A stretch of DNA of 64,000 nucleotides from Thermodesulfobacteriota bacterium (GCA_030578315.1 JAUQQL010000002.1:8251-72250); one strand, 5' to 3'; positions 1 through 9,750 are shown, counted from the stretch's first letter. The notes: generated by a model from the sequence alone, not told the origin. A program made the numbers and translations.

Positions 1-526
1 TATCTAGGTCTTCTTCCGAATGCACCTCAACTAAAGTAGAAATACCAACTTTTTTAGCATGATTTATAAGTTCTTTTAAGTGTTCTTTTTTTAAAATACT
101 ACTTATTAAAAGTACTATGTCTGCCCCAAAAGCCTTAGCTTCTTCTATTTGGATTGGATCCAAAACAAAATCTTTATACAAGAGAGGAAGTTCTGTTTGG
201 GTTCTTATACAGGCTAAATACTCTAGAGAGCCCATAAAAAAATTTTCTTCTGTAATAACCGAAATAGCCTTAGCTCCACCTCTTTCATATGCTTTAGCTA
301 AAAGTAAAGGATTAAAATTAGAATTTAATTCTCCTTTAAGAGGACTTGCTCTTTTAACTTCAGCTATAATAATAAAACCATTTTGATTAAGATACTCTTT
401 AAAATTAAAACTCGGACGATTCCAAAAAGGTTTGTAAAAAAGTCCTTTTTGTTTTCTTTTTAAAATATTGTAATATTTCTCAACTAAAATTTTGTTTAAA
501 ATTGAATTTAACTCTTTATCAAACAT
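1..526 (-). CDS. trpC: Indole-3-glycerol phosphate synthase (5' part; runs off the window start)
   Basis: Not in ORF track. Hand translation of the minus strand from ATG at 526 gives MFDKELNSIL...IIAEVKRASPLKG...AYERGGAKAISVITEENFFMGSLEYL...LPLLYKDFVLDPIQIEEAKAFGADIVLLI, the classic TrpC motifs. Confidence 0.95.
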   Translation of the reverse strand, partial: MFDKELNSILNKILVEKYYNILKRKQKGLFYKPFWNRPSFNFKEYLNQNGFIIIAEVKRASPLKGELNSNFNPLLLAKAYERGGAKAISVITEENFFMGSLEYLACIRTQTELPLLYKDFVLDPIQIEEAKAFGADIVLLISSILKKEHLKELINHAKKVGISTLVEVHSEEDLD

Positions 527-616
527 ATTTCATATTTTATAGTATAGAAAAATTTTTAAAAGATGGTATTATTTAAAAAACTTGAGGACTTATTTCTTTA
601 AGGAGGTTTTCCTTTT

Positions 617-751
617 ATGAAAAGAACTTATCAACCTAGCAGAATCAAAAGAAAAAGAAGACATGGATTTAGAGCAAGAATGAAAACTCGTTCGGGAAGA
701 AAAATCTTAAAAAACAGAAGGCGTAAGGGGCGCTGGCGTTTAAGTGCTTAA
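617..751 (+). CDS. rpmH: 50S ribosomal protein L34 (44 aa)
   Basis: Not in ORF track. Hand translation [44 protein letters not shown]; strong SD AAGGAGG at ~600-606; directly upstream of rnpA. Confidence 0.98.
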   Translation: MKRTYQPSRIKRKRRHGFRARMKTRSGRKILKNRRRKGRWRLSA

Positions 752-760
752 ATTTTTATA

Positions 761-1126
761 ATGAAAAATGAAAGTCTTCCAAGAAAAGAAAGACTTACTA
801 AAAACAAAGACTTTGAAAGTGTACTATATGAAGGACAAAAAATTTGGATAAAAGACTTACTTTTAATTATTTACAAACCTAATACCTTAAATTATAGTAG
901 AATAGGTATAATAGTTTCTAGAAAAATTAAAAAAGCTGTTCAAAGAAATAAAATTAAAAGATGGATTAGAGAATTTTATAGAAAAAATAAGAATTTATTT
1001 CCTGAAAGTTGTGATATAGTGTTTATACCTCATCCTTGTGTAGTAAATTTAGCTAATTATAAAGAATTTAGTTTAAAATTAAGAGAATTTCTTTCTTCTT
1101 GGAAAGAGAAAGTTTTTCCATGTTGA
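761..1126 (+). CDS. rnpA: Ribonuclease P protein component
   Basis: LPRKERL..KDF N-terminus, [25 protein letters not shown] (RNR motif); canonical position after rpmH. Confidence 0.97.
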   Translation: MKNESLPRKERLTKNKDFESVLYEGQKIWIKDLLLIIYKPNTLNYSRIGIIVSRKIKKAVQRNKIKRWIREFYRKNKNLFPESCDIVFIPHPCVVNLANYKEFSLKLREFLSSWKEKVFPC

Positions 1127-1362
1127 AAGTTTGTATAATTAAAGTCATTTTTATATACCAAAAAATAATTTCTCCAATTCTTAATGTTTTTATGAATCTA
1201 CACTGTAAGTTTTATCCTTCTTGCAGTGAATATACTTTATTAGCTATAGAAAGGTTTGGTGTTTTAAAAGGTTTATATCTAGGAATAAGAAGAATCCTAA
1301 AATGCCATCCTTTCTCTTTAGGTGGTTTTGACCCTGTTCCTGAACGAGAAGATATAAAATAA
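1120..1362 (+). CDS. yidD: Membrane protein insertion efficiency factor YidD
   Basis: YQKIISP...[10 protein letters not shown]...[18 protein letters not shown] motif; between rnpA and yidC. ATG at 1120 preferred over the in-frame TTG at 1099. Confidence 0.95.
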   Translation: MLKVCIIKVIFIYQKIISPILNVFMNLHCKFYPSCSEYTLLAIERFGVLKGLYLGIRRILKCHPFSLGGFDPVPEREDIK

Positions 1363-1374
1363 GGAGAAAGTTGT

Positions 1375-3000
1375 ATGGATACAAGAACTATGTGGGCCAT
1401 TATTCTTTCGGTAGCGGTAATTATAGTTTTTCATTATCTTTATACAGAGTATTTTTTTAGTTCACACCTTCAAAATGCTAGTCAAAATGTTACAAACCTT
1501 TCTGAAACCAAAGGATTTGAAGAAAAAAAAGCCATTTCAGAAACTACCTTTATAAAAAAAGATAAAGAAGACCAAATTTTTAAAAGCTGGGTTTTAGAAA
1601 ACGATAAATATAAAGTAGAACTTGTTTCTGTTGGAGCAAGATTCAAAAGTTTTCAGCTTAAAAATTATGTAAAAGATAAAAAAGAAAAGAATCCTATAGA
1701 ACTTGTCTCTACCTCTTCTGAAAGTTTACCTCTAGAGATTTATTTAGCTAAAAATCCTTCCCTTGCTATTTTAAACTTTTCAGGTCCTCAAGAAAGTAAC
1801 TTTATTTTAAAAGAAGAAACCAAAACTCTTACTTTTAGTTCAGAAACTCCAGAAATTAGAATTGATAAAGCTTATACTTTTAAAAAAGATTCTTATTTTA
1901 TAGACCTTTCTTTAAAAATTTATAACTTAAGTTCCCAAACTTTAGAAGACCACCTTCTTATAAGAGGTGTTTTTGCTCCTTTTTCTGAGGGAAGCAAGTA
2001 TGTATTTAAAGGACCTTTTTATTACACCGACCATCTTAACGAAGTTGAAATAAAAGATGGTTTAAAAGAGTATATAGGTCCCTTAAAGTATTTAGGATAT
2101 CAAGACGTCTACTTCACCTTAACACTTATTCCTGAAAAAGTAGAAACTGGAATTGAAAATGCTACATACCGAGCTACTTTTAGAAAGATAAAAGAGGATA
2201 TTCAAGAGTTTATTTTGTGGATTCCTGTTAAAATTGAACCTCAACAAAGTAAAGAGTTTACTTTTAAAATCTATGCGGGTCCTAAAAAAACAGAAGAAAT
2301 GGAAAAAGAATATCCTCTTTTGAGCAAAGCTTTATACTTTGGTTTTTTTGATATCGTAGCCAAACCTCTTCTCTGGACTTTAAAAGTTTTTAATAAGTAC
2401 ACTAACAACTATGGCTGGTCCATTATTATTATAACTATTCTTTTAAGGTTCCTTTTTTTCCCACTTAATCACTTAAGCTATCGGAGTATGAAAAAATTAC
2501 AAGAAATTCAGCCTATTGTCCAGAAACTCAAAGAAAAATATAAAAATGACCCACAAACTCTAAATAAGGAACTTATGAATGTTTACAAAACTTATAAAGT
2601 AAATCCCTTTTCAGGTTGTCTTCCTATAATTATTCAAATTCCAGTGTTTTTTGCTTTCTACAAAGTACTTCTTATGGCTATAGAACTTAGACATGCGCCT
2701 TTTATCCTTTGGATTAATGACCTGAGTGCTCCAGAAAGACTTTACTTAGGCAATTTAGTTATCCCCTATCTTGGAGGAATACCTGTTTTAACTATTTTTA
2801 TGGGACTTTCTATGTTCATTCAACAAAAACTTACGCCTACAACTTTAGACCCTATCCAAAATAAAATTCTTCTTCTTATGCCTCTATTTTTAACAGTTCT
2901 TTTTATAAATTTTCCTTCAGGACTTGTTTTATACTGGTTTGCTAACAATATTTTATCTATTATTCAACAACTAATTACTCTTAAACTTTCTAAAAAATAA
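1375..3000 (+). CDS. yidC: Membrane protein insertase YidC
   Basis: N-terminal TM, large periplasmic domain, YAGPK, NYGWSIIIITILLRFLFFPL, GCLPIIIQIPVFFAFY, PSGLVLYW motifs. Confidence 0.97.
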   Translation: MDTRTMWAIILSVAVIIVFHYLYTEYFFSSHLQNASQNVTNLSETKGFEEKKAISETTFIKKDKEDQIFKSWVLENDKYKVELVSVGARFKSFQLKNYVKDKKEKNPIELVSTSSESLPLEIYLAKNPSLAILNFSGPQESNFILKEETKTLTFSSETPEIRIDKAYTFKKDSYFIDLSLKIYNLSSQTLEDHLLIRGVFAPFSEGSKYVFKGPFYYTDHLNEVEIKDGLKEYIGPLKYLGYQDVYFTLTLIPEKVETGIENATYRATFRKIKEDIQEFILWIPVKIEPQQSKEFTFKIYAGPKKTEEMEKEYPLLSKALYFGFFDIVAKPLLWTLKVFNKYTNNYGWSIIIITILLRFLFFPLNHLSYRSMKKLQEIQPIVQKLKEKYKNDPQTLNKELMNVYKTYKVNPFSGCLPIIIQIPVFFAFYKVLLMAIELRHAPFILWINDLSAPERLYLGNLVIPYLGGIPVLTIFMGLSMFIQQKLTPTTLDPIQNKILLLMPLFLTVLFINFPSGLVLYWFANNILSIIQQLITLKLSKK

Positions 3001-3009
3001 TTTTGAGAG

Positions 3010-3660
3010 GTGAGGGTTATGATGGAAAAGGAATTAGAAGGAAAAAGCTTAGACCAAGTGGTAGAAATGGCTTGTCAAGAATTTGGTTGTCTCCCAGAAG
3101 ACTTAGAACTTGAAATCTTAGAGTTTAGTTCTTCTGGAGGTCTTTTAGGTATAACTACTAAAAAAGTGAAAGCTAAAGTAAGGGTAAAACCTGATAAGTT
3201 ACTTACCGAAAGAGCCAATAAAGCACTAAGCTTTCTTAAAGAACTCTTTTATTATGCAGAGTTTAAAATTGAAACTAAAACTAATCTTTTAAAAGATCAA
3301 CTTCAAATTGAAATTCTTCTTTCTGGAGAAGATGTGAAGTTTCTTATTCAAAACGGAGCAGAACCTCTTTCAGCTTTAGAATTTTTAACTAATAAAGTAG
3401 TAGCTAAAGCCCTGGGAGTTGGACCTAAAATAATTCTTAAGCCCGAAGGAATAAATATAGAAAAAGAAAAAAAATTAGTTAATGCAGTAAAAAGAGCTAT
3501 AGAAAAGGTTAAAAGTACTAAAGAACCTCAAATAATAAAGATAGGAAACCAAAGAGAACAAAGATTGGTTATAAACCTGCTCAAAGATGAAGAAAAAATA
3601 GGATACGTAATAGAAGGAGAAGGAAGATCAAAGAAGGTTATTCTGAGTTTTCAGGAATAA
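3010..3660 (+). CDS. jag: Jag/KhpB(EloR)-like protein with Jag_N domain and degenerate KH/R3H regions
   Basis: Jag_N signature (EGKSLDQVVEMACQEFG...LEILE..SGGLLGI..K.AKVRV), C-terminal EGEGRSKKVIL typical of R3H end; canonical position between yidC and mnmE. Confidence 0.8.
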   Translation: MRVMMEKELEGKSLDQVVEMACQEFGCLPEDLELEILEFSSSGGLLGITTKKVKAKVRVKPDKLLTERANKALSFLKELFYYAEFKIETKTNLLKDQLQIEILLSGEDVKFLIQNGAEPLSALEFLTNKVVAKALGVGPKIILKPEGINIEKEKKLVNAVKRAIEKVKSTKEPQIIKIGNQREQRLVINLLKDEEKIGYVIEGEGRSKKVILSFQE

Positions 3661-5048
3661 TGGAATTTTATTTTAAAGACACTATTGCAGCCATTGCTAC
3701 CCCTCTTGGGAGGGGGGCAATTGGTGTAATTAAGATAAGTGGGAATCAGGCTTTAGAAATTTTAAAGGTTCTTTTTAAACCTATAAAACCTGTTTCAGAA
3801 TTTAAACCTCGGTATCTTTATTATGGACATATTGTAGACCCAAAGACCAAAAAAATAGTAGATGAGGTTTTAGCAGTCTATATGCCCAAACCTCGTTCTT
3901 ATACTAGAGAAGATGTAGTAGAAATTTATGCTCACAGTGGTTACTTAGTGTTAAGGAAAATTTTAGAATTAGTTCTTTTAGCAGGAGCACGCTTAGCTGA
4001 ACCAGGAGAATTTACTCTCAGAGCTTTTCTAAATGGAAGAATAGACCTTTCTCAAGCAGAAGCCATAGAAGAAATTATTTCTGCACGAAGTGAAACAGCC
4101 TTAGATTTGGCTTTAAACAACCTATTTGGAAGACTTTCTGAAAAGGTTCAACACTTAAAAAACCAACTTTTAGAAGTTTTAGCTCAAGTTGAGTCGGCTA
4201 TAGACTTTCCAGAAGAAGACATAGAAATTATGGATCCTCCAGAACTTATTAAGAAAATAGAAAAAGGGATTTTATCTACTATAGAAACATTAATCTCAAA
4301 CTATCGACAGGGAAAAATTTATAAAGAAGGTATAAATCTAGTTATTGCAGGAAAACCTAATGTAGGAAAATCTTCTTTAATGAATGCCCTTTTAAGAGAA
4401 GAACGAGCTATTGTTACACCTATTCCAGGAACTACAAGAGATTTTTTAGAAGAACCTACCCTTATAAACGGGATTCCTGTAAAACTCATTGATACTGCAG
4501 GCCTTAGAGAAACTAAAGATCCAGTTGAAAAAATAGGAGTTGAAAAGGCTAAAGAAAAACTTAGAGAAGCAAATCTAGTACTTTTTCTTGTAGATGTAAG
4601 TGTTGAACCTTCTTCTGAAGACTTTAAAATTTATCAAGAAGTTAAAAAATACCCACATCTAATAGTTTTAAACAAAATTGATATAGAACCAAACTATCTA
4701 AATATTTGGAAAGATCTTTTTTTAAAAGAAGGAGAAGAATTTATTGAAATATCAGCTTTAAAAGGAACTAATCTTGAAGAACTTGGTCAAAAAATAGTAA
4801 AAAAAATTTTAGAAGACGAAAAAGAAGTCCCGGAAATAGTTCCTAATCTTAGACAAAAAGTTGCTTTAGAAAAAGCTAAAGAATTTTTAGAAAATGCTTT
4901 AGAAGAGCTTAAGGGAAAAAATCCCTTACCTGAACTTGTGGCTGTAGAACTTAGAGGAGCACTTTCAAGTCTTTCAGAAATTATAGGAGAAATAACTACT
5001 GAAGAACTACTAACCCAAATTTTCTCCACCTTTTGCATAGGAAAATAA
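3660..5048 (+). CDS. mnmE: tRNA modification GTPase MnmE (TrmE)
   Basis: DTIAAIATPLGRGAIG, GEFTLRAFLNGRIDLSQAE, GKPNVGKSS, GTTRD, DTAG, NKID, terminal FCIGK. Confidence 0.98.
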   Translation: MEFYFKDTIAAIATPLGRGAIGVIKISGNQALEILKVLFKPIKPVSEFKPRYLYYGHIVDPKTKKIVDEVLAVYMPKPRSYTREDVVEIYAHSGYLVLRKILELVLLAGARLAEPGEFTLRAFLNGRIDLSQAEAIEEIISARSETALDLALNNLFGRLSEKVQHLKNQLLEVLAQVESAIDFPEEDIEIMDPPELIKKIEKGILSTIETLISNYRQGKIYKEGINLVIAGKPNVGKSSLMNALLREERAIVTPIPGTTRDFLEEPTLINGIPVKLIDTAGLRETKDPVEKIGVEKAKEKLREANLVLFLVDVSVEPSSEDFKIYQEVKKYPHLIVLNKIDIEPNYLNIWKDLFLKEGEEFIEISALKGTNLEELGQKIVKKILEDEKEVPEIVPNLRQKVALEKAKEFLENALEELKGKNPLPELVAVELRGALSSLSEIIGEITTEELLTQIFSTFCIGK

Positions 5049-5112
5049 CAACTCAAAATTCTATTGCAATTTTTTAAAATTAAATTACCCTTTTTCAAAA
5101 GATAACCTGAAA

Positions 5113-5718
5113 ATGGGACAAAATCATCTTTTACAAGAAAAAGTTTTAATTTTAAATAAATATTATCAGGCTGTTCAAATAACTACTGTTCAAAAAGCTA
5201 TATGTCATTTAGTAAAAGGAACAGCTAAAGTAATAACTCCGGACTGGACCACTCATTCTTTAGAAGAGTGGATTAAAATCAGCCAGTTTTACCAAAATGG
5301 CAAAGCAAAGTTAATTAGAAGTCCTTCTGTAGCTATTCTTATTCCTGAAGCTATTTACCTTCCCTATTATGAAAGTTTACCTAAAACCGAAGTAATTTTT
5401 TCTCGTCAAAACTTGTTTTTAAGAGATAAATATACTTGTCAGTATTGCGGAAAGTCTTTAAGAAATCCTAAAGACAGAACCATAGACCATATAATTCCCA
5501 GAAGCCGAGGAGGTAAAACAGTTTGGACTAATGTAGTATTGTGTTGTAAAAAATGTAATCTAAAAAAAGGAAATAGAACTCCAGAGGAAGCAGGTTTAAA
5601 ACTCTTGAAACCTCCCAAACCTCCTAAATGGCAAGCACTTGTCCTAGAAGAATTTCCCAAACACAAAAAAGAAAGCTGGAAGGTATTTTTAAATTTCGCT
5701 GGAGTTCTTACAGATTAA
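5113..5718 (+). CDS. HNH endonuclease (stand-alone, McrA/HNH_5-like)
   Basis: VLILN..Y N-terminus, SRQNLFLRDKYTCQYCG, TIDHIIPRSRGG, WTNVVLCCKKCNLKKGNRTPEEAG. Confidence 0.9.
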   Translation: MGQNHLLQEKVLILNKYYQAVQITTVQKAICHLVKGTAKVITPDWTTHSLEEWIKISQFYQNGKAKLIRSPSVAILIPEAIYLPYYESLPKTEVIFSRQNLFLRDKYTCQYCGKSLRNPKDRTIDHIIPRSRGGKTVWTNVVLCCKKCNLKKGNRTPEEAGLKLLKPPKPPKWQALVLEEFPKHKKESWKVFLNFAGVLTD

Positions 5719-5721
5719 ACT

Positions 5722-6207
5722 TTAATTTTCAAAAATTTTTTCAATTTTTAACATAATTAGTAATTTATCTGGTAATTGATAAACTTTATCAATATACTCT
5801 TTTTTTAATCCTTCCACTTTATCAGGAGGTTGTTCGAGTTTAGAAACTGGAACTTCTAAAATATCGCCTATTTCTTCTATTACAAAAGAAACCGGTGTTT
5901 CTTCTTCAGTTTTAATAATTAAATTTAACCTAGGTTGAACTTGGGCTTTCAATTCAATTTTCTTAGTAAGGTCTATAACCGTTAAAATTTGACCACGCAA
6001 GTTCATAATTCCCAGAATATAGCTTTCAGCCAAGGGAACAGGAGTTATATCAATATCTTTATTAATTTCTACTACTTTTTCTGCAGGAATTCCAAAAAGA
6101 AAATTACCAAGATAAAAAGTTACCAAAGTTAACATTTCTTGTAAGGCAAAAACTTTTTTTTCTTCAGATTGTACTAAAAAACTTTCTTCCTTCTTAGCTA
6201 TTTCCAT
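5722..6207 (-). CDS. cheW: Chemotaxis adaptor CheW
   Basis: LVTFYLG..FGIP...VVEI, ITPVP, ILGIMNLRGQILTVIDL; last gene of che cluster. Confidence 0.95.
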   Translation of the reverse strand: MEIAKKEESFLVQSEEKKVFALQEMLTLVTFYLGNFLFGIPAEKVVEINKDIDITPVPLAESYILGIMNLRGQILTVIDLTKKIELKAQVQPRLNLIIKTEEETPVSFVIEEIGDILEVPVSKLEQPPDKVEGLKKEYIDKVYQLPDKLLIMLKIEKIFEN

Positions 6208-7126
6208 CTATCTCCTCCTCAGTAGTTTTAATAAAATACTCTACTGCTTTAGCTATCATATCTTTACTTTTTTTAGGTATGTCTGAAGGTACAGTAATTC
6301 TAAAATCTATATAAAAATCTCCCCTTTTACCATTAGGTAAAAAAGGCCCCCTACCTTTAAGAATTATAGGAGGTTCTTGAAGAAAATACTTGGAACATAT
6401 CTTTTCTTCTCCCTCTAAAGTAAGTATAGTTATCTCTTTTTTTAAAATCACTTCCCAGAAGGGAATTTTGCATCTATAAATTATAAAATCCTCTTTCAAT
6501 TCAAAAAAAGGGTGGGGAGCAATTACAACCTCAAAGTACAAATCATAAAAGGAATCTACCAAATCTTTACTTAAAAATAAAATTTTTCCTTCTCTTAAAC
6601 CTAAAGGAATTTCTATAAAAACTTCTTTTTCTTCTTTTACTTTACCCTTCCCCAAACAAACACTGCAAACCTCTACAAATAAAAATCCTAAGCCCCTACA
6701 GTAAGGACACTTTAAAAAAGTTTCCCCCTCTTTTCGTCTATCATAAATTCTAACATACTTTTCTCCCTTACAAAAACCACAAGTTTCTTTCTTTCCTTCT
6801 CTATTTTTACCCGTACCTTTGCATGTTTCACAGACTTTTTCTTCTATCGGAACTTTTACCTTTTTAAATCCTCCTAAAGCTATCTCTTCTACCGTAAACT
6901 CTAGCACAGAAAAAAGATATCTACCTTTAGATGGACAGGTGTCCATTATCTCTACTACTTTAACCTGAGAAGAATCCTTTAAACTCTTATATATTTTTTC
7001 ATACCAGTTAATAAACTCTAAAAACTCTTCTTTATTTCCTCCTTTATCAGGATGTAATAATTTAACTTTTTTTCTATAGTAATGTTTCAATTTTTGAAGA
7101 GAAGAAAAATTATTTAAGTCTTCCAT
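6194..7126 (-). CDS. DnaJ-like co-chaperone (short J domain, Zn finger, C-terminal domain; no G/F region)
   Basis: HPDKGG J-domain motif; CETCKGTG, CGFCKGEK, CPYCRGLG, CSVCLGKG repeats; C-terminal IEIPLG...GRGP..KRGD. Confidence 0.85.
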   Translation of the reverse strand: MEDLNNFSSLQKLKHYYRKKVKLLHPDKGGNKEEFLEFINWYEKIYKSLKDSSQVKVVEIMDTCPSKGRYLFSVLEFTVEEIALGGFKKVKVPIEEKVCETCKGTGKNREGKKETCGFCKGEKYVRIYDRRKEGETFLKCPYCRGLGFLFVEVCSVCLGKGKVKEEKEVFIEIPLGLREGKILFLSKDLVDSFYDLYFEVVIAPHPFFELKEDFIIYRCKIPFWEVILKKEITILTLEGEEKICSKYFLQEPPIILKGRGPFLPNGKRGDFYIDFRITVPSDIPKKSKDMIAKAVEYFIKTTEEEIDGNS

Positions 7127-7131
7127 TTGCT

Positions 7132-9750
7132 TTAACTCGCTTTTTTCTGTATTTTTTCAAAGTGAAGTAAATTTTCTATTACTTCAAGAACTCTTTCGCG
7201 AGCTAACTTTATCTCGTAGGCGTCAGCTCCTGCCTCCATTACTTTTCTTCTTATATCCTCTCCTGTCAAAGAAGTCAAAACTATTATAGGAAGACTTTTA
7301 AAATTAGGATTCTCTCTCAATGTTTTTACTAGTTCAATTCCGTCCATTTCGGGCATATCAATATCAGTTATAAGTAAATCAATTTTTAAATCGGAACTTA
7401 GTTTTTCTAAAGCTTTTTTACCATTTTCAGCTGCCTCCACCTCATATCCTGCAGATTTCAAATAGTTTGAAATCAAATTTCTAAAAAATGGAGAATCCTC
7501 AGCAAGTAAAATTCTGTAAGCCATTTCTTCCTCTATCTTTCTTTTTACTATAAACCACTCTGGGTCATACATTTCTATTATTTTATAAATATCAATAAAA
7601 AGCACTGTTTGATTGTTAATAATTCTATGTCCTAAAATTCCGGGAGCGTTATAAAGGCCTTCCTCTACTTCTAAAGAGGTTTCTAAAGTATCTATAATTT
7701 GAGAACACAAAATAGCACATGTTTTATTTCTTTCAGTAAAAAATAAAACATGATATTCTTCTAAAGAAGGATTTTCCTGAATAGGTAAGTAATTTTCTAA
7801 ACGTACTATAGGAATTACTTTTTCTTGATAAATAATAACTTCTTTTCCTCCTACCATCTTTATATCTTTGGCTTTCACTTTATCTAATCTGGAAACTAAA
7901 GCTAACGGTAAACCTAGGATATCTTCTCCTACTTTAAAAAGAATAACAAACTGAGTTTCTTCGGAAGAAGTTTTTCTAACTACTACTGTTTCGTAAGTTC
8001 TTTCAAATTCTTCTATTCTAAATCCTGTATAGGCAGAAAGACCCACTACATCAAGAATGAGAGCAAGTTTCCCATCTCCCATAATGGTTGCCCCACTGTA
8101 AATGGGGATATTTTTAAACCATTTTCCTAAAGGTTTAACCACTATTTCTTCTGAAGCAAAAATCTGGTCTACTAGTAAACCTATAAACTTTTCGCCAGTA
8201 GTTAAAATAACTAAATTTTTTTCTTCTAAATTTCCGTTAATTTTCAAAACCCTAGATAACCTTAAAACAGGGATTATTTCACCTCTCAGTCTATAAAATT
8301 CCGTATCACCTAATTTTAAGATATCTTTTGCAGGATCTATTCTTACTAGTTCCCTTAAACTTACTTGAGGAATAGCATAACGCCCTTCTCCAGAAGTAAC
8401 TATTAAAGCTGGAATTATAGCTAAAGTTAAAGGAATTTTTATTCTTATAGTAGTTCCTTTTCCTAAAATAGTATTTATGTCTATAGAACCTCCTAACTTT
8501 TCTATATTGGTTTTCACCACATCCATTCCTACTCCACGACCAGAAAGTTGGGTAACATTTTCAGCTGTAGAAAATCCCGGTTTGAAGATAAGAGAAAGAA
8601 GTTCTTTTTCCGAAGCCATTTGAGCTTCTTCAAAGCTCATAAATCCTTTTTCTACAGCTTTTTTTCTAATTTTTTCTATATCTATACCTCTTCCATCGTC
8701 TTCCACCTCCACTATTACCTGTCCTCCTTCGTGAAAAGCTCTTAAAACAAGATTTCCCTCAGGTGGTTTTCCAAGTTGAACCCTTTCATCTGAAGGTTCT
8801 ATACCATGATCTATAGCATTTCTCACCAGATGAGTTAAAGGATCCTTAATAGCCTCAATAATAGATCTATCAAGTTCTGTCTCGGTCCCTTCCAAATGAA
8901 GGTTTACTTTCTTATTTAAAGACCGGGAAAGGTCTCTTACAATTCTTGGAAATTTATTAAAAACTACACCGATAGGTTGCATTCTTGTTTTCATAATAGT
9001 TTCTTGAAGTTCTGTAGTAACTAAGGAAAGGTTCTGAACACTTCTTGCCAATTCAGGGTCTCCTAATCTAGAAGCCAACTGAACTACTCTGTTTCTTGCT
9101 AAAACCAACTCTCCTGCTAAATTCATAAGAGTATCTAAAAGCTTAACATCTACTTTTATGTGAGTTTCTGTAAGTACTACCTGAGGAGTAACCGGTTCTT
9201 CTTTGACAGGTTTTTCCCTTCTAAGGTCTTCATCAGAAATAGATTGAGATTTAACTTGAGGTTCAAAAACTTCTTCTTTTTTAACTTCCATATCTTCCTT
9301 TTTAACCTCTAAAACCTCTTTAGGAACCTCCTCCTGAGGAATTTCTCTCTTCCCTAAACGCTTTTTAAGCTTTTCGTTAAAATTAGAAAGTTCTACCACA
9401 AAATCTAAAAGTCTATCCTCTAAAGGTTCGGTTTTATTCTTTTCTATATAATCAACCACATACTTTACATTATCCACAGCCCTAAGAAGTATATCTACAA
9501 TCTCAGGTTCTGGTTCAATTAACTTATCTCTAAGTTTAGATAAAATATCTTCAGAAAAGTGAGCTATAGCTTCTAAAGTTTTAAATCCAAAAAATCCAGC
9601 TGCACCTTTTAAAGAATGCATAGTTCTAAAAAGACTTTTTATTATTTCTAAATTTTCTTTATCTTTTTCAAGTTCAACAAATTCTTCTTCAAGTCTAGCA
9701 ATTCCTTCTTTAGCTTCTACTAAAAAGTCTTGTAAAATGTCCTCTTCCAT
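7132..9750 (-). CDS. cheA: Chemotaxis histidine kinase CheA (Hpt-dimerisation-HATPase-CheW-CheW-REC)
   Basis: FRTMHSLKG (Hpt His), HLVRNAIDHG, EDDGRG, GRGVGMDVV, two CheW-like segments, C-terminal ILLAEDS...ITDIDMPEMDG receiver. Confidence 0.96.
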   Translation of the reverse strand: MEEDILQDFLVEAKEGIARLEEEFVELEKDKENLEIIKSLFRTMHSLKGAAGFFGFKTLEAIAHFSEDILSKLRDKLIEPEPEIVDILLRAVDNVKYVVDYIEKNKTEPLEDRLLDFVVELSNFNEKLKKRLGKREIPQEEVPKEVLEVKKEDMEVKKEEVFEPQVKSQSISDEDLRREKPVKEEPVTPQVVLTETHIKVDVKLLDTLMNLAGELVLARNRVVQLASRLGDPELARSVQNLSLVTTELQETIMKTRMQPIGVVFNKFPRIVRDLSRSLNKKVNLHLEGTETELDRSIIEAIKDPLTHLVRNAIDHGIEPSDERVQLGKPPEGNLVLRAFHEGGQVIVEVEDDGRGIDIEKIRKKAVEKGFMSFEEAQMASEKELLSLIFKPGFSTAENVTQLSGRGVGMDVVKTNIEKLGGSIDINTILGKGTTIRIKIPLTLAIIPALIVTSGEGRYAIPQVSLRELVRIDPAKDILKLGDTEFYRLRGEIIPVLRLSRVLKINGNLEEKNLVILTTGEKFIGLLVDQIFASEEIVVKPLGKWFKNIPIYSGATIMGDGKLALILDVVGLSAYTGFRIEEFERTYETVVVRKTSSEETQFVILFKVGEDILGLPLALVSRLDKVKAKDIKMVGGKEVIIYQEKVIPIVRLENYLPIQENPSLEEYHVLFFTERNKTCAILCSQIIDTLETSLEVEEGLYNAPGILGHRIINNQTVLFIDIYKIIEMYDPEWFIVKRKIEEEMAYRILLAEDSPFFRNLISNYLKSAGYEVEAAENGKKALEKLSSDLKIDLLITDIDMPEMDGIELVKTLRENPNFKSLPIIVLTSLTGEDIRRKVMEAGADAYEIKLARERVLEVIENLLHFEKIQKKAS

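Noticed and set aside
117-386. 89-aa plus-strand ORF in the track
   Set aside because: Antisense shadow of trpC, which carries the real motifs on the minus strand.
5113-5718. HNH gene as an IscB/HEARO-type RNA-guided nuclease
   Set aside because: No PLMP/RRXRR or RuvC segments, and only 64 nt upstream and 3 nt downstream, leaving no room for an associated structured RNA.
9470-9478. Perfect DnaA box TTATCCACA
   Set aside because: Single copy inside the cheA coding sequence (AVDN codons); no cluster or unwinding element, so not oriC.
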